From the NCBI GenBank assembly GCA_051294375.1, contig CM119267.1, forward strand, positions 22,879,486 through 22,943,485: a stretch of DNA of 64,000 nt, written 5' to 3'. How positions within the stretch are numbered: position 1 is the first letter of the stretch; each line of letters starts with the position of its first letter. The DNA comes from Paraspadella gotoi (taxonomy: Eukaryota > Animalia > Chaetognatha). A program made the translations under genes and the position numbers. This document shows positions 42,455-56,600 of the stretch, piece after piece. Below the pieces are notes generated by a model, which did no database searches, was not told the origin of the DNA, and saw nothing but the letters and a program-made list of their open reading frames with translations.

Positions 42455-45400
42455 TCCTTCTCAAAAAAAAGAAAAAAGAAAGAAAAGCAAACTTCATTCG
42501 TGAAAAAACAAAAAAGGTAGAATTTCCTTCGTCCCACAGTGTACAACTCCTACGCGTCATCGTAAAATCCACACAATGATCGTCTCCCAAACCATTTTGA
42601 CCCCCTCGTCTCACTCTCGCTCTTCGTCTCTCGCTCTCTCGCTCTCTGTCTCGCTCCGCAAAAAAAATAGGNNNNNNNNNNNNNNNNNNNNNNNNNNNNN
42701 NNNNNNNNNNNNNNNNNNNNNNNNNNNNNNNNNNNNNNNNNNNNNNNNNNNNNNNNNNNNNNNNNNNNNNNNNNNNNNNNNNNNNNNNNNNNNNNNNNNN
42801 NNNNNNNNNNNNNNNNNNNNNNNNNNNNNNNNNNNNNNNNNNNNNNNNNNNNNNNNNNNNNNNNNNNNNNNNNNNNNNNNNNNNNNNNNNNNNNNNNNNN
42901 NNNNNNNNNNNNNNNNNNNNNNNNNNNNNNNNNNNNNNNNNNNNNNNNNNNNNNNNNNNNNNNNNNNNNNNNNNNNNNNNNNNNNNNNNNNNNNNNNNNN
43001 NNNNNNNNNNNNNNNNNNNNNNNNNNNNNNNNNNNNNNNNNNNNNNNNNNNNNNNNNNNNNNNNNNNNNNNNNNNNNNNNNNNNNNNNNNNNNNNNNNNN
43101 NNNNNNNNNNNNNNNNNNNNNNNNNNNNNNNNNNNNNNNNNNNNNNNNNNNNNNNNNNNNNNNNNNNNNNNNNNNNNNNNNNNNNNNNNNNNNNNNNNNN
43201 NNNNNNNNNNNNNNNNNNNNNNNNNNNNNNNNNNNNNNNNNNNNNNNNNNNNNNNNNNNNNNNNNNNNNNNNNNNNNNNNNNNNNNNNNNNNNNNNNNNN
43301 NNNNNNNNNNNNNNNNNNNNNNNNNNNNNNNNNNNNNNNNNNNNNNNNNNNNNNNNNNNNNNNNNNNNNNNNNNNNNNNNNNNNNNNNNNNNNNNNNNNN
43401 NNNNNNNNNNNNNNNNNNNNNNNNNNNNNNNNNNNNNNNNNNNNNNNNNNNNNNNNNNNNNNNNNNNNNNNNNNNNNNNNNNNNNNNNNNNNNNNNNNNN
43501 NNNNNNNNNNNNNNNNNNNNNNNNNNNNNNNNNNNNNNNNNNNNNNNNATTTTGGGATCAAAACATACCGAATGTTTGTATTCCTTTTTAAAAAAAGTTA
43601 ACCCATGAACAAAATATCATTTGCATATTGCAGTCTTTTGATTTTTGGTTAATTACATTTTATTGAAATTTTTAGCGTCCTATTAAACTTTATTATTTCG
43701 TTATCTCAGTCTCTGTCTGAGTCTTAAATATCCATTTCACGTCCATAGTATAGGGTAACGTTCTTCCTTCCCCTTATCTACATGTAAAAACGGCTTAAAC
43801 TGATAAAGTTTATATCCTTTAATTTAAAAATTGTGCAAATTTTTCGTACAAAATTAATCAAGCTCTAGATTAATATCTTTCTACCTAGTCTTCAGATTAC
43901 CCTTATATTTAATATACGATAAATGTATTATGCGTTGAAATAAGTAAATTCTATAACTTTTCTTTCAAGCCAGGCATAATTTCTCCGCTTTTTTTCTCGC
44001 TTTGCTTTTTGATGCTCTTTTTATTCTTTTCTTACGATCGCCGATCTTCATCGATCCTGTCATCCATCCTGCAGCTCGCAATTCGAGACAAGGAAATCTT
44101 CAAATTCCGCAATAATTGCAGATGGTCTTCAATTGCAATCGGATCCTCCCTTTCCAACTAAATTCGTTTTTTCCGGATTCAATGTTATTTTCATCTGCGA
44201 ATCAGCGAAGGAAAAAGAAAAAGAAATTCCCTCTCTTTGGAAAAAAAAAAGAAGTTATGGATTTCAAAAATTCGACCTAAAACAAACAAATTGTTTGATT
44301 TGGGGGCGGGAGGAGTGAATTCGGGGAAATGGGGCGACGATGACGACGNNNNNNNNNNNNNNNNNNNNNNNNNNNNNNNNNNNNNNNNNNNNNNNNNNNN
44401 NNNNNNNNNNNNNNNNNNNNNNNNNNNNNNNNNNNNNNNNNNNNNNNNNNNNNNNNNNNNNNNNNNNNNNNNNNNNNNNNNNNNNNNNNNNNNNNNNNNN
44501 NNNNNNNNNNNNNNNNNNNNNNNNNNNNNNNNNNNNNNNNNNNNNNNNNNNNNNNNNNNNNNNNNNNNNNNNNNNNNNNNNNNNNNNNNNNNNNNNNNNN
44601 NNNNNNNTCATTACCAAACGAAACGAGGGAGAGAAAATTCGTCTGCCTTAAGAATCTCGGTTGCGTCACAAAGAATTTTCATCTCATTTTCTTTTGTTTT
44701 CTTTTTTGTTTTTTGTTTTGATTTTTTTTTTGTTTTGGTTTTTTGTGCCAAAGAAACGACAAACATTCGGATACGCGACGAGTTTCAGATTCTTTACCGG
44801 AATTTTTTCTTTCTTTTTTTTTTTTTGTCGGAATGCCAAAGGAAAAGTCGTTGGCAAAGTTTACTTGTCAGTTTGTTTCCCGTTTTCTGTTCTTTGAAAT
44901 TCTTTTTTCAAGTCGTCTATGTCTAATTGTCTATGTCTCTTGACTCTTATCATATCAAATTAAAAATTTAATCTAGAATCAATCGTGGAGTAATAATTAA
45001 CCTCTACTAGTACCGTATTAAATTATTCATCTCCGAATCGAAACGATCCAAGTCACTTTTCATTTATTGTCAGAATCGACCACGAACGCAATAATTTCGT
45101 CCTCACAACCAATCATTTACGGGTCAAAACCAATCATTTCGTCCTCACAAACAATCATTTCTCAATCTCTTCTTTTCTCTCGGAATTTCTGAGGTCGAGA
45201 TTCGAGACTCCATCGCGATTCNNNNNNNNNNNNNNNNNNNNNNNNNNNNNNNNNNNNNNNNNNNNNNNNNNNNNNNNNNNNNNNNNNNNNNNNNNNNNNN
45301 NNNNNNNNNNNNNNNNNNNNNNNNNNNNNNNNNNNNNNNNNNNNNNNNNNNNNNNNNNNNNNNNNNNNNNNNNNNNNNNNNNNNNNNNNNNNNNNNNNNN

Positions 45401-45557
45401 NNNNNNNNNNNNNNNNNNNNNNNNNNNNNNNNNNNNNNNNNNNNNNNNNNNNNNNNNNNNNNNNNNNNNNNNNNNNNNNNNNNNNNNNNNNNNNNNNNNN
45501 NNNNNNNNNNNNNNNNNNNNNNNNNNNNNNNNNNNNNNNNNNNNNNNNNNNNNNNNN

Positions 45558-45593
<36 letters not shown>

Positions 45594-46976
45594 ACGATTA
45601 TTGATCCGCTTTTCGAGAATAATGATCTGAGTCAAAAGAAGAGCCGCCGATCTTTCTCTCTCTGTCCCTCGATCTTTGAAACGCTATCCTTTTCTTTCAT
45701 TTATATTTTCTCCCTTTTTTTTTCTTTCTATCTTTTCTCCTTTTCTTTCTCTCCTTTCTCTTTCTTTCTACTTTGCCTTTTTTCCCCGGGTCTGCCACTT
45801 TCTCTCTCTCTCACGGGCCGATCCTTCTTTGTTATTGAAATAAGTATGAAAATAGTTCTTTATCACTCGTTACGAAAAAATCAAACTCGACCGTGTGAAT
45901 AAACGCTGCCGATTGATTGGAACAACAATTTCGTGTTTTCGGGTTTCTGGGGGAAAACTAAATATATATAACGGTGACGCATTCATATATTCTTGATTGA
46001 TTGACTTTTTTATTGATGTATTTATCCATTATTTTATTTTTTGATATTTTAACGGACAAACTGAGAGATTTATTACCTATTATTTCTGCGCACTAACTGA
46101 CTGAATTTTTAATTCATTTTTTTGGTGGTTTCTTGATTGATTTGTATTATTTATTTATGCAACTATTTAAAGACTAATTGTTTGATTAAACGATTGATTG
46201 ATTGATTTATTCACCCTAATTTTTATTACTTAAAATCGCTATATGCCTTGTAGGTTCTCATGTTGCGGTTTCCGGCTGACGTCGTCTTCGTCTCGCTTCG
46301 TCTCATCTTCGTCCAACATTTTTTTTAACCAATTTTAACTTTTAAGTTTATTTTTACTCTCGTTTTTTAAATCCCAATTAAAACTGAAAGAGGCGCCTAA
46401 CCGGTTTTAATCGCGATGGATAAAGAAAGAAAGAAAGAAAAAAGAGCAACAACAACCAAATGTTGACTCAACCGTCGTTTTCAGCTTTTTTAATGAGAGG
46501 TTAAAATCGCTTATTAAACGATTATCGCCAATAGTACATAAAAAATAGAGAGAGAGAGAGAGAGACAGAGAAAGGGAGAACAAATTGAGGCTAATTGGCA
46601 AAAATAACATTTCGCTATTTTACTTTCGACAGGGATATCGTTTATTCCGCCGTATTCGATTCGTTGGGGCTCCTTGCCTCCCAAATTGTCTATCGAATCC
46701 AACGAGTACCACCGATCACGCAATTTCGCTTAATCAGTTAATCATTATTGGTTTGCGTCCGAACGACGCGTAAAAAACTACGACGCAAACGACAAGCGTA
46801 TTCAAATTTCGCGATTGCAGTCAAAAGATTTAGTTTTATACTTTATTTTTTCTTAAAAATTGCGATGATCAAAACTCATTGGATCTCATCAACTCTGCTC
46901 ATCATTATGCAATATGCAATACGCCCTTCAAATCTCGACCCTTCTCTTTCCGGTTTTTCAGTGGAAAAAACCTCTC

Positions 46977-47011
<35 letters not shown>

Positions 47012-47582
47012 CTCTCTCCTCTTCTTCTCTCTCTCCCTCTCTCTCTCGCCTCTCTTTCGGTCCTCTAATTATTTATTTCTCTTCTTTTAAATTTTCAGGT
47101 TATGAGAACTCCCCGTAGATTTTCCGCGCAGCAGATGTTTCGATTTAAAAAAGAAGAAAAAGAACCAAAAATTTCGGATGAAAAAAAAAAAAATAAAAAA
47201 AAAGATTTTCGTGCGACGAAAGAAGATTTTCGGTCGAAAAAAAAAAAAACCCGCCACAAAAATCGACGGAAAAAAAAATTAATTGAAACATAAACGTGAC
47301 TAACTAAAACTGGATCTAAGCGAAAAATCTAAAAGCCGCGTTCGTCGGTCGCCATGACGACGGAGCCGACGGCGGCGCTGTCGTCGGAGACCGGAGAACG
47401 CGACCGGGAGAGACGGTAGCAACGACGATTATCACGAGGATGTGGAAATTTTTTTTAAAAATGGACGAATTGCGGAAAATACATTACGTCGCTTTTCACC
47501 GCTACAATTAGGACCGGATTACTATATATAATTCATTCACCGATTAACCATCGCATTCTTAACCAAAAAAAAACAAACCGCC

Positions 47583-50500
47583 ATGACGTACCACCCCTTC
47601 CTCCTCCTCCTCATCCCCCTCCTCTTCATCTCCCCCGTCTCCTCCTCCTCCCCTCGTCTCACCTTCACTCTCCACGAGGAGCAACCCCTCAACTCCCTCG
47701 TCGGCGCCATCCCCGTCCGCGCCGGCTTCAACTATTCCTTCACCGGAGACGTTGGAGGATCTTACTTCTCAATCGACTCGTCGACGGGAGAGATTCGGTT
47801 GGCGAGGAGGTTGGACCGAGAGGCGTTGGGGGATGTCGCCGGGAAGGACGACGAGATGCATCTGGTGAGTTGGGTTTGGGGTGGTTGGGGATGGGTGGGT
47901 GGATGAAGGTGGGACACCGTAGAGAAAAAAGGAAAAATATACATAAATGAGTTAAATTAAAGCATAGTAGTTACCTTGTACAAAGGAAAAACATTAAAAA
48001 ACTATCTATAATAATTATAAATATAAAAAATATCCATAAAGGGATCTAAACTATTCAATTAACAATAGTACAACCTAGTTTTAGCCAAATAATGAAGAAA
48101 ATGATGAAGTCCATAAGATTGGCCGACAAAGGGGACGGAGAACTTTAAAAAAATATTTTTGGAAGGGCCCGCTAATTCTCTCCACGCCCACTAAAGGGTT
48201 GGACGAGGAGAAAGTTGAGGTCATCTTATGTACAGACGACGCAAAGGGTTGGGGTCAATTCGAATAAGATTCCCTTCGATCGTCAGCCGAGCAGCCAGCT
48301 GAAACGCAGGGCCCAAAATTGCGTGTCGTCAACCGCCCTTTAACCCTCGCGAGCGTCAGGATTACAAATGACCGATCGATTCTAAAAACAAAGGACTCTC
48401 CCGATTTGTTATCTTTGCTCAATTGTGGAAAATAACCTTCGGAAGGGACCAACGAGGACCCCGAGGGGATTTTGGGGATTTTCGTGTCTCCATTTCCCTT
48501 CCTTCCTTTTTTTTTTTTTGCTGATGGCGACGTTAGTGTCTTTAACCCTTCGTTTCCCTCGCATGTTACCTTTCTGGTATGAAGGATGATTCAATTTACG
48601 TTGAGATTTAATTCTTAAATCCACTTTACATATTGGAGAAGTTAGATTATATTTCGCGTTTTTGTTAACTAATCCGTGTATGTGTACCAAGGTGGGCCAC
48701 AACTTATCACTATTTATAATTAAGAGTTCTGTGGTACAAAATTATTTTGTCCAATATACAGTCAATAGATTTATGCTAGCACATTTTAATTATGGAGGCA
48801 CATAACGGCATTAAACAATTTGAATATTTATTAATGCATTAGCATTGGAGACGATAAAATTCGTATCTCCAACGAAATATAACAAATCAAGTGAGGTTCA
48901 TAGCTATTTTAGTGTAATAAAGTCTGTAGAATTCGATGATGATAACCATTCTTTATCGAGCCATGACCGGCGAAGCCGGTCAGGCTCTATAATGTTTTAG
49001 TATTGGGCTTACTTTGTGACGTAGTCCGTCGTCGTCGTCGTCGTCGGCAGTCACGCTTTTTTGTAAACCTAAAAACTACTGCGCTTTATAGGTTTGGCTG
49101 GGACTTACCGTTTTTTTTTAAATAAAGATTATTATGAATTATTATAAAGTTTTACTACAAAAGTGTGCGATCCATAGTAAGTTAAAAAATAGAATGGCTT
49201 CTCAACTTGAAATAGCTTTGATATTTTCTATTACATTGGATTTAAGTATTGTTTGTTTGAATTTCCAACTTCATTATGATTACTGCAATATGCAAATGAG
49301 ATATAGTACTCATTTAATGATCCAATATTAGTATAATAGAACTTAAGCTAATTACATATTGCAGAATATAATATTGAGATGAATATTCAAAATTTTTTTT
49401 TAAAATTTCTAAAAAAATGGGAATTCAAAGGATTTTTTTAATGAGAAGCTATATCTAATTTTTAATACAAATATAAAATAAAATCTTTTACAAGCTTGCG
49501 ATGAAAAAAATTGAAAAGTTTTCCAATTGTAAAACCATTGTAAACATTTTTGCCTTTCTTTTATTTATTTTTTAATTATATATATTTTTTTTAGGCGCTC
49601 CTTTTCTGAATCGTTTAAAAATCGAGTTCAGTTCTCTCTGTCTCTCTTTTGTGTGCGAATCTCTGCGTGATCCGTTCGTTTTTGAAAAATTCTGAGATTA
49701 TTTTTTATTTCTAAAAACATATATATTGATCGAGCGCTGCCTTTTCTGAAATCGAGTTCAGGCTCTATCTCTTCTCCCTCCGTCTCTCCTCTCTCTCTCT
49801 CTTTTTTACAAAAAAAAAAATTTATTATCACTTTGTTTTACCACCGTTTTTTTGAAAATGCTATTATTTTCTTTCCTTCTAAAAACTTTAATTATCGCCA
49901 TTGTATTCCGCGCTTTTCTTCCAATAGCAAAAATCCCAAATTTAAATATCTGAGATTTCGTGGATTTTTTTTGAAGAAAATGTGAAGAATAACTTACTTG
50001 ACCTGGATTTCGTGGACGTTGGGGGCAACGGAGTAAACAATGTAGAGGAACATGACCTAAAACGCGTTTTGATGGCAACGGAAACGTTACGTTGTAAAAA
50101 AAATCAACTTGACCGAGATCACAGACCGATATAAACAAGAGTGACCTAAAATGCGTATCGTTGGTCGGAAAACTTTCTCTCTCTCTCTCCTTCTCTCATC
50201 TCCTCTCTCCTCTCTCATACTCTCTCCCTCTCTCTCATCATCTCTCTCGTCTCTCTCTCTCTCTCTTTTTTTGTTTTTACAAAAAAAATTTATCACATTT
50301 GTAAACAGTAAACAGTTCCCGGCCTCTCTCTTTCTCTCTCTCTCTCTCCTCTCTCTAACTTTCCTCTCTATCTGTCTCTCTCTCTCCTTTCCTCTCTTTC
50401 TATCTTTTTTTTGTACAAAAATAAATTTTTAGTCACCTTTTGTTCAACCTCCCGTCCATTAAAAGCGATTCCCGGCTCTCTCTATCTTCTCTCTCTCTCT

Positions 50501-50603
50501 TTTTTTTTTTACAAAAAAGAATTTTTCTTAATGTCATTTTTTTTCACGCAGGCGAACGAAGTAAACGAGTAAAACGAGTCCCGGCGCTTCACTCTTTTTC
50601 CTC

Positions 50604-50644
<41 letters not shown>

Positions 50645-53600
50645 TCTCTCTCTCTCTCAATGTACGATCGTTCGTTTTTTTGAAAAATTCTTATTATTTT
50701 TTTCGGCTTCTAAAAACTTTCATTATCGCCATTTATTTTTTTTTCTCTATACAAAATCCCAAATTTACTCCGATGATTTTTCTGGATTCATTTTAGAAAA
50801 AAATGGCAGGCAATGTCACATTACATTCAGCTTGCTGCCTGTACCATATAGCTCTATATGTCCGGCAATTGCTGCGGATTAATTTAAAATTGGCCATATA
50901 ACACTTTCTACCAAAAAATTTTTTTTTTTGTTATTACTGTACGCGAGAACTTTGAGGACCGGTCGGCCCACTATTGGCAAAATTAATATCTAAAATAGGA
51001 GTTGAGAAGAGAAGATAATTGGTCCAATAAACCATTACTTGTTTTTTTGTTATTCTAAACCAATTTTACAAATTTTAAAATTGTAAATTTTTTTAGTGTA
51101 ATATATTTAATCATTTTTATTCTTATTTTAAATAAATAATATTATTTGGTTGGGGATAAATTATATTTGTTAAATATGCAAATATTGAAATTTGAACCTC
51201 GGTCTGGTTTCTTCTTAAAAAAAAGAACAATCCTGAGAAATTCATATTCAAGATTAAAACTTTTTGTAAGATGAGACATAAAATTTTTTGGTTGATAATG
51301 TATAAAAAATATTAGAAAGGAAAAAGTTCGTCCCTACTCAGATACGTCGAAAACGAGTTTTCAGCTCTCTGCAGGGCGGCTCCAGCCCATTCGTTCTCTC
51401 TCTCTCTTCTCTCCTCGTCTCTCTCTCTCGACTCTCTCTCTTCTCTCTCCTCTCTCTTCTTCTTTTTTTTGTTCTTCTATTTATTCCGCCATTTATTTCG
51501 CCGCTTTTTTCCAATACAAATGCCTAAATTTACATCGCGAAGATTTTCCGTGAATTTTTTTTCAAAAAATTTTGATTATTCTTTCATAATAGAACGAGAG
51601 TGAAAACTGAATGTCAGCCTCTCTCACACCTCTTTCTCTTCATCTCTCTCTTCTCCTCATCTGCGCTCTCTCTCTCTCTCTCTCTCTCGTCTTCATTCAT
51701 ACACGCATTTGTGTTGTTTATTTATCGATGAATGTTCATCGCGTCAATGAATGACTATCGACACATCAATGAATGGATTATCAATCATATCCATGAATGA
51801 TTTATCATCAACATCAAGAATCTGACTATCACGCATACAATCATTTGATTATCATCAAACATCAGTTATTTTTGTTTCATGCGCATCAATTATTGGGTTA
51901 TCATCGCATGCAAATATTTGGTTTATCATCGCAATCAAAATATTTGGTTACAATCGAAAGCAGGCTTCGAATCCCTATTGCTTTTAAGATTTTTTTGTAA
52001 TAGTCTCATCTTCTTTGTCGGAAATGGCGATTTTTGCAGCATATAAGGTGCTATTAAAATGGAGCAAACATTGTAGAGTATAAGAAACTCAAATTATTAA
52101 GATTTTATAAAAGCCTATTTAACTTACATAATATGAAAATAAAGACCCTTATAAATATTTTGGTAAGTTTATTTACAATTTTATATTTATTAATAGTTTG
52201 TTAGCTAAATTTATTAATAAATAATAATAAAATAAGCTAAAGTGAAAAAATAAAAATTTTTAAATTTTAAAACCAGATTTAAATTCCTTACAAAAAGTTG
52301 ATATAAGAAAATATAATCCATTTTAATAAAAATTCTTTTCATTAAGTAGGTTAAAAATATTAACAACTATTATTTTGTTTAATTTTTTTTTCAATTTTGG
52401 GCTTAAAAATTATAGTTTTTCTGAATTTTGACCAACTTAATGCATAATTTTGATATAAAAATTATATTTTCTTATTCAACTTTTTGCAAAGAATGCAAAT
52501 CATGAAAAAAATTTTGAAATTATTATTTTTAAACTTTAGCCCAATTTTTACTCATAATTATTATAAATAATAGTTAACTAACTTTTTATAAAACATAAAA
52601 TTTAGAAATAAACTTACCAAAATATTTTTATACTTTAATTTTTATATTTAAAAGCTCATATAAATTTTATAAAATTGTAATAATTGATTTAATCATAACT
52701 TATAATGGTTTAATAAATTATATATACATTAAAAACCCTTTATTTTCGACAAGAAAGATAAAATTATACAAAAATAATGGTCATCACCATCGAATTCTAA
52801 CAGACTAACATTACACTAAAATAGCTATGTACCCTCACTTGATTGTTATATTTTGTTATTTTTCAACGCTCTACTCCACAGCTATAGTTTATTTGTTTTT
52901 CCTTATTTTGATTATAAGTAGGTTAAAATGGAACATACTTCTTCATTATAAGCAAACCATAGTCCATACTATTCAATTTTTGGCTAATAAAACAAGTTTA
53001 AAATGGTCTAATTGGCTGAATAAAGCTGGAGGTAAGACGAAACGAAAGAAAAGAAGTATATATAGGCAACCAATCATACCTTAATTCAGGAATTATCAAC
53101 CGGCCCCTCCTCCACCTTTCCCTCCAGGTGATCCTCTCCACGGAACCGGTCTACCCGACGGAGATCACCGTCCGCGTCCTCGACGTCAACGACTGGTCGC
53201 CCGCTTGGCCGGAACAGAGCGTCAACGTCTCCTTTGCCGAGAACGTCGCCGCCGGACGGAGGGTCCTTTTGGACTCGGCGGTTGATCCGGATTTGGGTGA
53301 GGGAAGGGGAGGGGGTGTTATGGGTAGGTGGGTTTGGGGTGGTTGTTTAGGTCAGTGGTGGTGACATTTACACTTTAGTGACGGTGAGTGATTGAGTGAG
53401 TGATTGTCCGCCTTGTTACTTAATTAATACAAAATTACTAAATTATTGTTACGAATTCTTTACGAGATAAATATTTTTTTAAAAAAACAAAGACTTACAC
53501 AGTGTATTAGTCTTTGTCCTTATTGTTAATTTTTACAGTTAAAAATATTCGTAAAGCCAAGTAAGAAGCCTGAATGTAAAAAAATACTAAAATCTGTATT

Positions 53601-56600
53601 GGGCATTACGCAAGTTGACGCCGGCTAAATATCCACTTAAATGTTTCGTTAATTCTATTTACTCTCACATACTCAACAACCTTTTAAATTTCCTTTCCCC
53701 TGTTCAACAGGCAAGAACTCCGTCTCCCTCTACTCGATCGTCGAAGGCAACGACCTCTCTCGGTTCCGCCTCGTCACTCAAGGCTCCACCGTCGCTTCGC
53801 CAGCGCCCCTGGCGGTCTTTCTCGAAACCACGAAGCCGCTCGATCGCGAGGAGAGAGACGCCTACCGGCTGAAGATCCGCGCGGCCGACGGCGGGCAGCC
53901 GAGGAGGGTCGGACATCTCGAGGTCAACATCGTCGTCGTCGACGACAACGACAACTCTCCCGTGTTTGAGAAGAGATCTTACGATCTGAGGGTGCTGGAG
54001 AATGTCACCATGGGTAAGTGATGGGGTGGTTGATGGAGTTTTAAAGTTGTCATGTCGCTTGGGAGATCGTTAATTTGTTTGGGTCGTTTTGTTTTTGTTT
54101 GCGAATTGTTTTTTTACTTGTGATTAAAATTAACTTGTTGAATTAAAAGCGCCACTTGTACTTACAATGGGAACAGATTTTACTGAAGATTTATTTTATT
54201 TTTATCTAAACAATAACTGAATTAACATTGTGTTGTATGATATTAACATTTTCTGAGCTTTCATTATTTTACCTAATAAAGGACTTTATAAGTACATAAT
54301 AACATCCTCTTTCGTACCCTACTCCTTCCAGGTCACGAGGTCGTCCGTGTCTCCGCATCCGACGCCGACGCCTCCGCAAACGGTCTCGTCGTCTACTCGA
54401 TCGGGGCGCGACTCGCGATCAATTCGTCGTCGACGCCCGCACGGCGCCGTCGCCGTCCGCCGAGAGGCGCTCTCGTGCAACCGGTCTGCAAACGCGTCCT
54501 CCGCGGCGGCGGCCGCGCGCGCGAGGGGGCGTGGCAAGGTCGCCGTCAATGTCCACCCAGGAAGTGTTTTTGACGGTGGAAGCGAGGGATCGAGGAGCGA
54601 CGCGGTTGAAGGTAAGATATAGATCCCTAACTCTCTCAGTCTCTCTCTTTCTCCTTTTTTCTTATTTCTTGTTGTGACTATAAACCAGTGGGCGTTTTTT
54701 TCGTTTGATATTGCAGTATTATTTGTATCTTTCTCTGACGGGGTTTGCTTCTTTATCACTTTGAAAAAAAATTATAAGTTCTCTTTTTACTATGTAATAG
54801 CAATTTTCTTACTTCAGTCTAGCGAGTGATGAGATTTAAAAGGGAATATAAGACGAAATTGTGATTCCCCGACTAAAAGTATAAGAGAGAGGCCTGGTGG
54901 AAAACATCTTCCACTTTTTCCGACATTGATCGAAATGATACTGAAAATTTTCTTCTTATTGAGAATAAAAAGTTTTTTGTTCTGAAAATGATGAAAGTAA
55001 AGTTTTTAATTAAGACAATGTTAATTATTAATTATTAAAATCGATATTTTCCTCTAACCTCTTCCTCTAAAGGCGACGGCCTACGTCAACGTCGAACTCA
55101 TCGACGTCAACGACCACGCCCCCGTGATCGACTTCAAGTTTCTCCCTTACGGGCGCCACCGCCGCCACCGTCAACGAGAGCGCGCCTCTCGGTCACCTCG
55201 TCGTCGTCGTCAGCGTCTCCGACGACGACGACGGCGCCAACGGACAGACGTCGTTGAAGATCGTCGCCGGAAACGAGTTGGGTCACTTCCGGTTGGAGAC
55301 TTTCTCGTCCTCTTTTATTTGTTGAAGGTAAAACTATGTCTATCGAATGTTATAATAGAAATGTTTGCATTATGTTAGGCTTCATTGTTAGATTGTTTGG
55401 AGGTTTAAGTAAGTATATTTAAATTATATTCAATATTAGGTAACAGTTAATATATATAGCAATCGAATTTTATAAATTTATGAGAGCTGGGTGGATGTGT
55501 TGCGTCGTCTGGGATATCAATACTATATGTATAATCTTGATAGTTGTTTTTAAGTTTAAAAGAAATTTGCGATAAATTAAATTCATCATTGTATTAAATT
55601 ATCAATTTTTGACACTTTGTCAATTTCCATGACCCTTTCCTTTCCTCTTTAGGTGAACGCCACTCTCGACCGCGAACGCGTCGCCGCCTACAACATCACC
55701 TTTTGAGGCGCGCGACGCCGGGACGCCGCCACGCCGCGCCGTCGCCAGCCTCTCGCTTCCGGTAGAGGACGCTAACGACCACGCACCTCAATTCCAAAAG
55801 AAGGACTACAGGGTGGAGTTGTCGGAGGGAGCCATGTTAGGTGAGAATGGGTGGGAAAAATCTTTCATCGATTAAGTATTTAAATCTCATTTGCATATTG
55901 CAGTAGTAAAGATATTAAAATTCTAACAAATTTTGCACATACATTTTTGTAATTAGGTGACAGTTTCTGCTTTTGCATTAAACGAAAATGAATCTTTCTG
56001 GTTTGTAAGAAGTTTTTTGTGGTTTGTACGCTAGAGAGAGACCGGAATAAAGTATAAAATATTATAATTGCGACTCTGATCTGCAACGTTGCTCCGTAGT
56101 CTACAGGCGTAACTGTGGTAGCTTAATATGACTCTGCTTCATAAAAGAATTATTCTTTCGTTCTTGAGAAGAATATTAATTATTAAAACTGCACGAATGG
56201 AAGAGCGGAAATCAACTCTCCCTAACCCCGATCCCATTCTCTTCCTTCTTAGGCACCTTCATCGCCTCCATTTCCGCCACCGACGGCGACTCCGGTCCCA
56301 ACGCCGAGATCGAGTATTCCATCGCCGCCACGGGCGCCGCCGACGACCGCCTGGCCGCCGCCTGGTTCGTCATCGACGCCGCCACTGGCCTGTTGACCAC
56401 CAAGGCGCCGCTCGATCGAGAAACGGCGTCGCGCGTCGTCGTCAACGTCACCGCCACCGACGCCGGCGCGCCGAGGCGTCGCAGTTGGGTGAGCGTGGTC
56501 GTCACGCTGAGCGACGAGAACGACGTGGCGCCGCGATGCGAACCGGAAGTGACGCGAGTGAGCGTGGCAGAGAATCGGAGGGTGGAGGAGTTGACGAGGT

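Noticed and set aside
37615-45635. Long ORFs in the track
   Set aside because: They are open only because they run through N gaps.
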